Shown here: one piece after another, positions 62,314-64,000 of the stretch
Position numbering within the stretch: position 1 is the stretch's first letter
How the letters are laid out: each line of letters begins with the position of its first letter
Origin: the human T2T-CHM13v2.0 reference genome, Homo sapiens
Strand: one strand, 5' to 3'
Assembly (NCBI RefSeq): GCF_009914755.1
Contig: NC_060932.1
Length of the DNA: 64,000 nt
The notes under the pieces: model-generated
Told to the model about the DNA's origin: nothing
Seen by the model: only the letters and a program-made list of their open reading frames with translations
Database searches by the model: none
Made by a program: the position numbers and the translations under genes

Positions 62314-62384
62314 CTGGAGTAACTAACGGGTTCCACAGGTCACTGGAGTAACTAACGGGTTCTGGAGTAACTAACGGGTTCCAC
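62314..62384. repeat. Irregular triplication of a 19-23 bp unit
   Basis: ctggagtaactaacgggttccac-aggtca-ctggagtaactaacgggtt-ctggagtaactaacgggttccac. Confidence 0.97.
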
Positions 62385-63249
62385 TTGTCAAATTGTGATT
62401 TGACAAGTATTGTACAGTTTTGTGTTTGTTTGCACTTTGTGGATGGTTATATAGAGACTATTCAATGAATGTAATCACCTTAGAAGCTTTATTCACAGAG
62501 GCTCCAGCCAAAGCATTCTGGCAGTGGGGTTATCTGATAATATCGGTGCTGCCACATACTACCCATTGTGGAGAAGCACAGATTTCTGAAGCTGGCAATC
62601 ACTCAGAAGCAGGGTGGCTCCCTAATCAATGCCCCTTTCCAACAACTATTTACTATCCAAGTCAAGACACAGTGCAGACACCTGTTTCACTTTGTTCTAC
62701 TTCACAGTCAGTGTATGACCTAAGAATCTGAAAGCACTTGGCTATCCTGTGCCTCACACACAACTAGGATGAGTCCATGGAATGAACTAAGCAAGTTCAA
62801 GCCTGGTTTCCTAAATCAAGGTTGGGCTGGAACACCCTGGAGAAGGAGGATGGAGGCCTCATTCTTGTGGAGCCTCCTGTTTTACTCTCAGGCGCTTTAG
62901 CAGTGAAGCCTCTCCTCTTGATATGCAGATTTCTTTATACTCTGATGACTATCAAATACTGTGTCTCATGAAACTGACTCATTTCTCAAATACTGAGTAC
63001 CTCCTACTCTCATAGGAATGATTCCATCCAGCCTCCTCAGTATGGGCCTTATTTATACATGCTCTGACAATATTGCTGATTTCTTTTTTTAATGAGTTTA
63101 AATAGATATCTCCAGATGAAGCACTTGCCTTAGTAATACATATGCCGATGAGCCTCCTACATACCTTATAATTTGTGCAGTTTTCCATGTGTGGGCATCT
63201 GAAATTAAAGCATTCTGCCTGTTCTTTTCTTGAAATCACCTTCATTAAC

Positions 63250-63540
63250 TTAAAATCTCTATGGCCTCTTCACCCAACATTCATCAAAATGATATGATTA
63301 TAGAATATACTTTAATTGACACATTTGCCTGTCAAGATGTTTCTATGGCTACTCTTACCTGCTTTCTCTTCTGCTAGTTGCACCCATGCTAGGCCTCCCT
63401 CCACCTTGCTGCCCTGTGTGTCTGATCACATGCAAAGCCCCTTGCTTTTCACCTTCATGATGCTTTCCTAGAATGTTCCTTCCTGATCCCCCTGTGAAAA
63501 ACTGTTCAACTAAGGTAGTCTACCACAGTCATTTTTATTA
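63250..63540 (+). mobile_element. Degraded LINE-2 fragment
   Basis: 'ttaaaatctctatggc', 'atgctttcctagaatgttccttcc', 'aaaaactgttcaac'. Confidence 0.45.
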
Positions 63541-64000
63541 TCTATACCATTTGGAAAATAAATGTGCCTTCTAGACACTGCATCTGTGAAATCCAGTCCA
63601 GTGGATCTGTACCTACTTTAGATATATCTTGCAGGGACAGAGATAGCTTGGAGTTAGAGAAGGTTGTGGTGCCCGAGAACCCATCTTTAGAAAAAATAGG
63701 TCTCATTAACCAGTTTTATTAGCGATTTGGTTGTAATGAAATAAACACAGGCTTGAAGTGAAGAAAGTCCGTCTAAACTATGGCCAAATTAAAGTCACTG
63801 GATAATGAAAACTTTTAAAATTTAGAAATAAATCTTATTCTTTATTCATTTGGTTTCTCAGACTTCAAGCAATTCTAGACAAAACACTTCTCAGGTTTAA
63901 ATAGTCAAAGAGGTAGTGGTTAATGTACTTTTTTGAATGGTTCACTGGACCATAAGACTGAACACATAAAATAACTATGGCCCAAGTTATTTTATTAGAA

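Noticed and set aside
62314-62384. CRISPR-like repeat-spacer array
   Set aside because: The spacers are only 6 and 0 nt; this is a local duplication.

Overview
This is AT-rich primate (probably hominoid) nuclear DNA, intergenic or deep-intronic. It is dominated by interspersed repeats: six large LINE-1 relics, 11 Alu/FLAM elements, about nine ERV/MaLR solo LTRs, and several L2 and MIR fragments. I recognise no host protein-coding gene, RNA gene, CRISPR array or new multi-gene system. The ORFs I can identify are L1 ORF1/ORF2 debris, antisense L1 frames or Alu-derived; the rest look like chance ORFs. The most notable structures are mutational. An AluY is split at its middle linker by a younger, 5'-truncated L1PA2/3-like element. 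A 5'-complete L1PA8-like element has lost about 1 kb internally. Three stem-loops inside old L1s, plus one near-perfect one outside, look like template-switch products. There are several perfect short tandem duplications, one of which triples a MYB-type motif, and a 44-bp LTR fragment is repeated 1.3 kb downstream. One Alu tail has become a G-tract. Subfamily names come from recalled consensus features, not a RepeatMasker run, and boundaries of old repeats are approximate.
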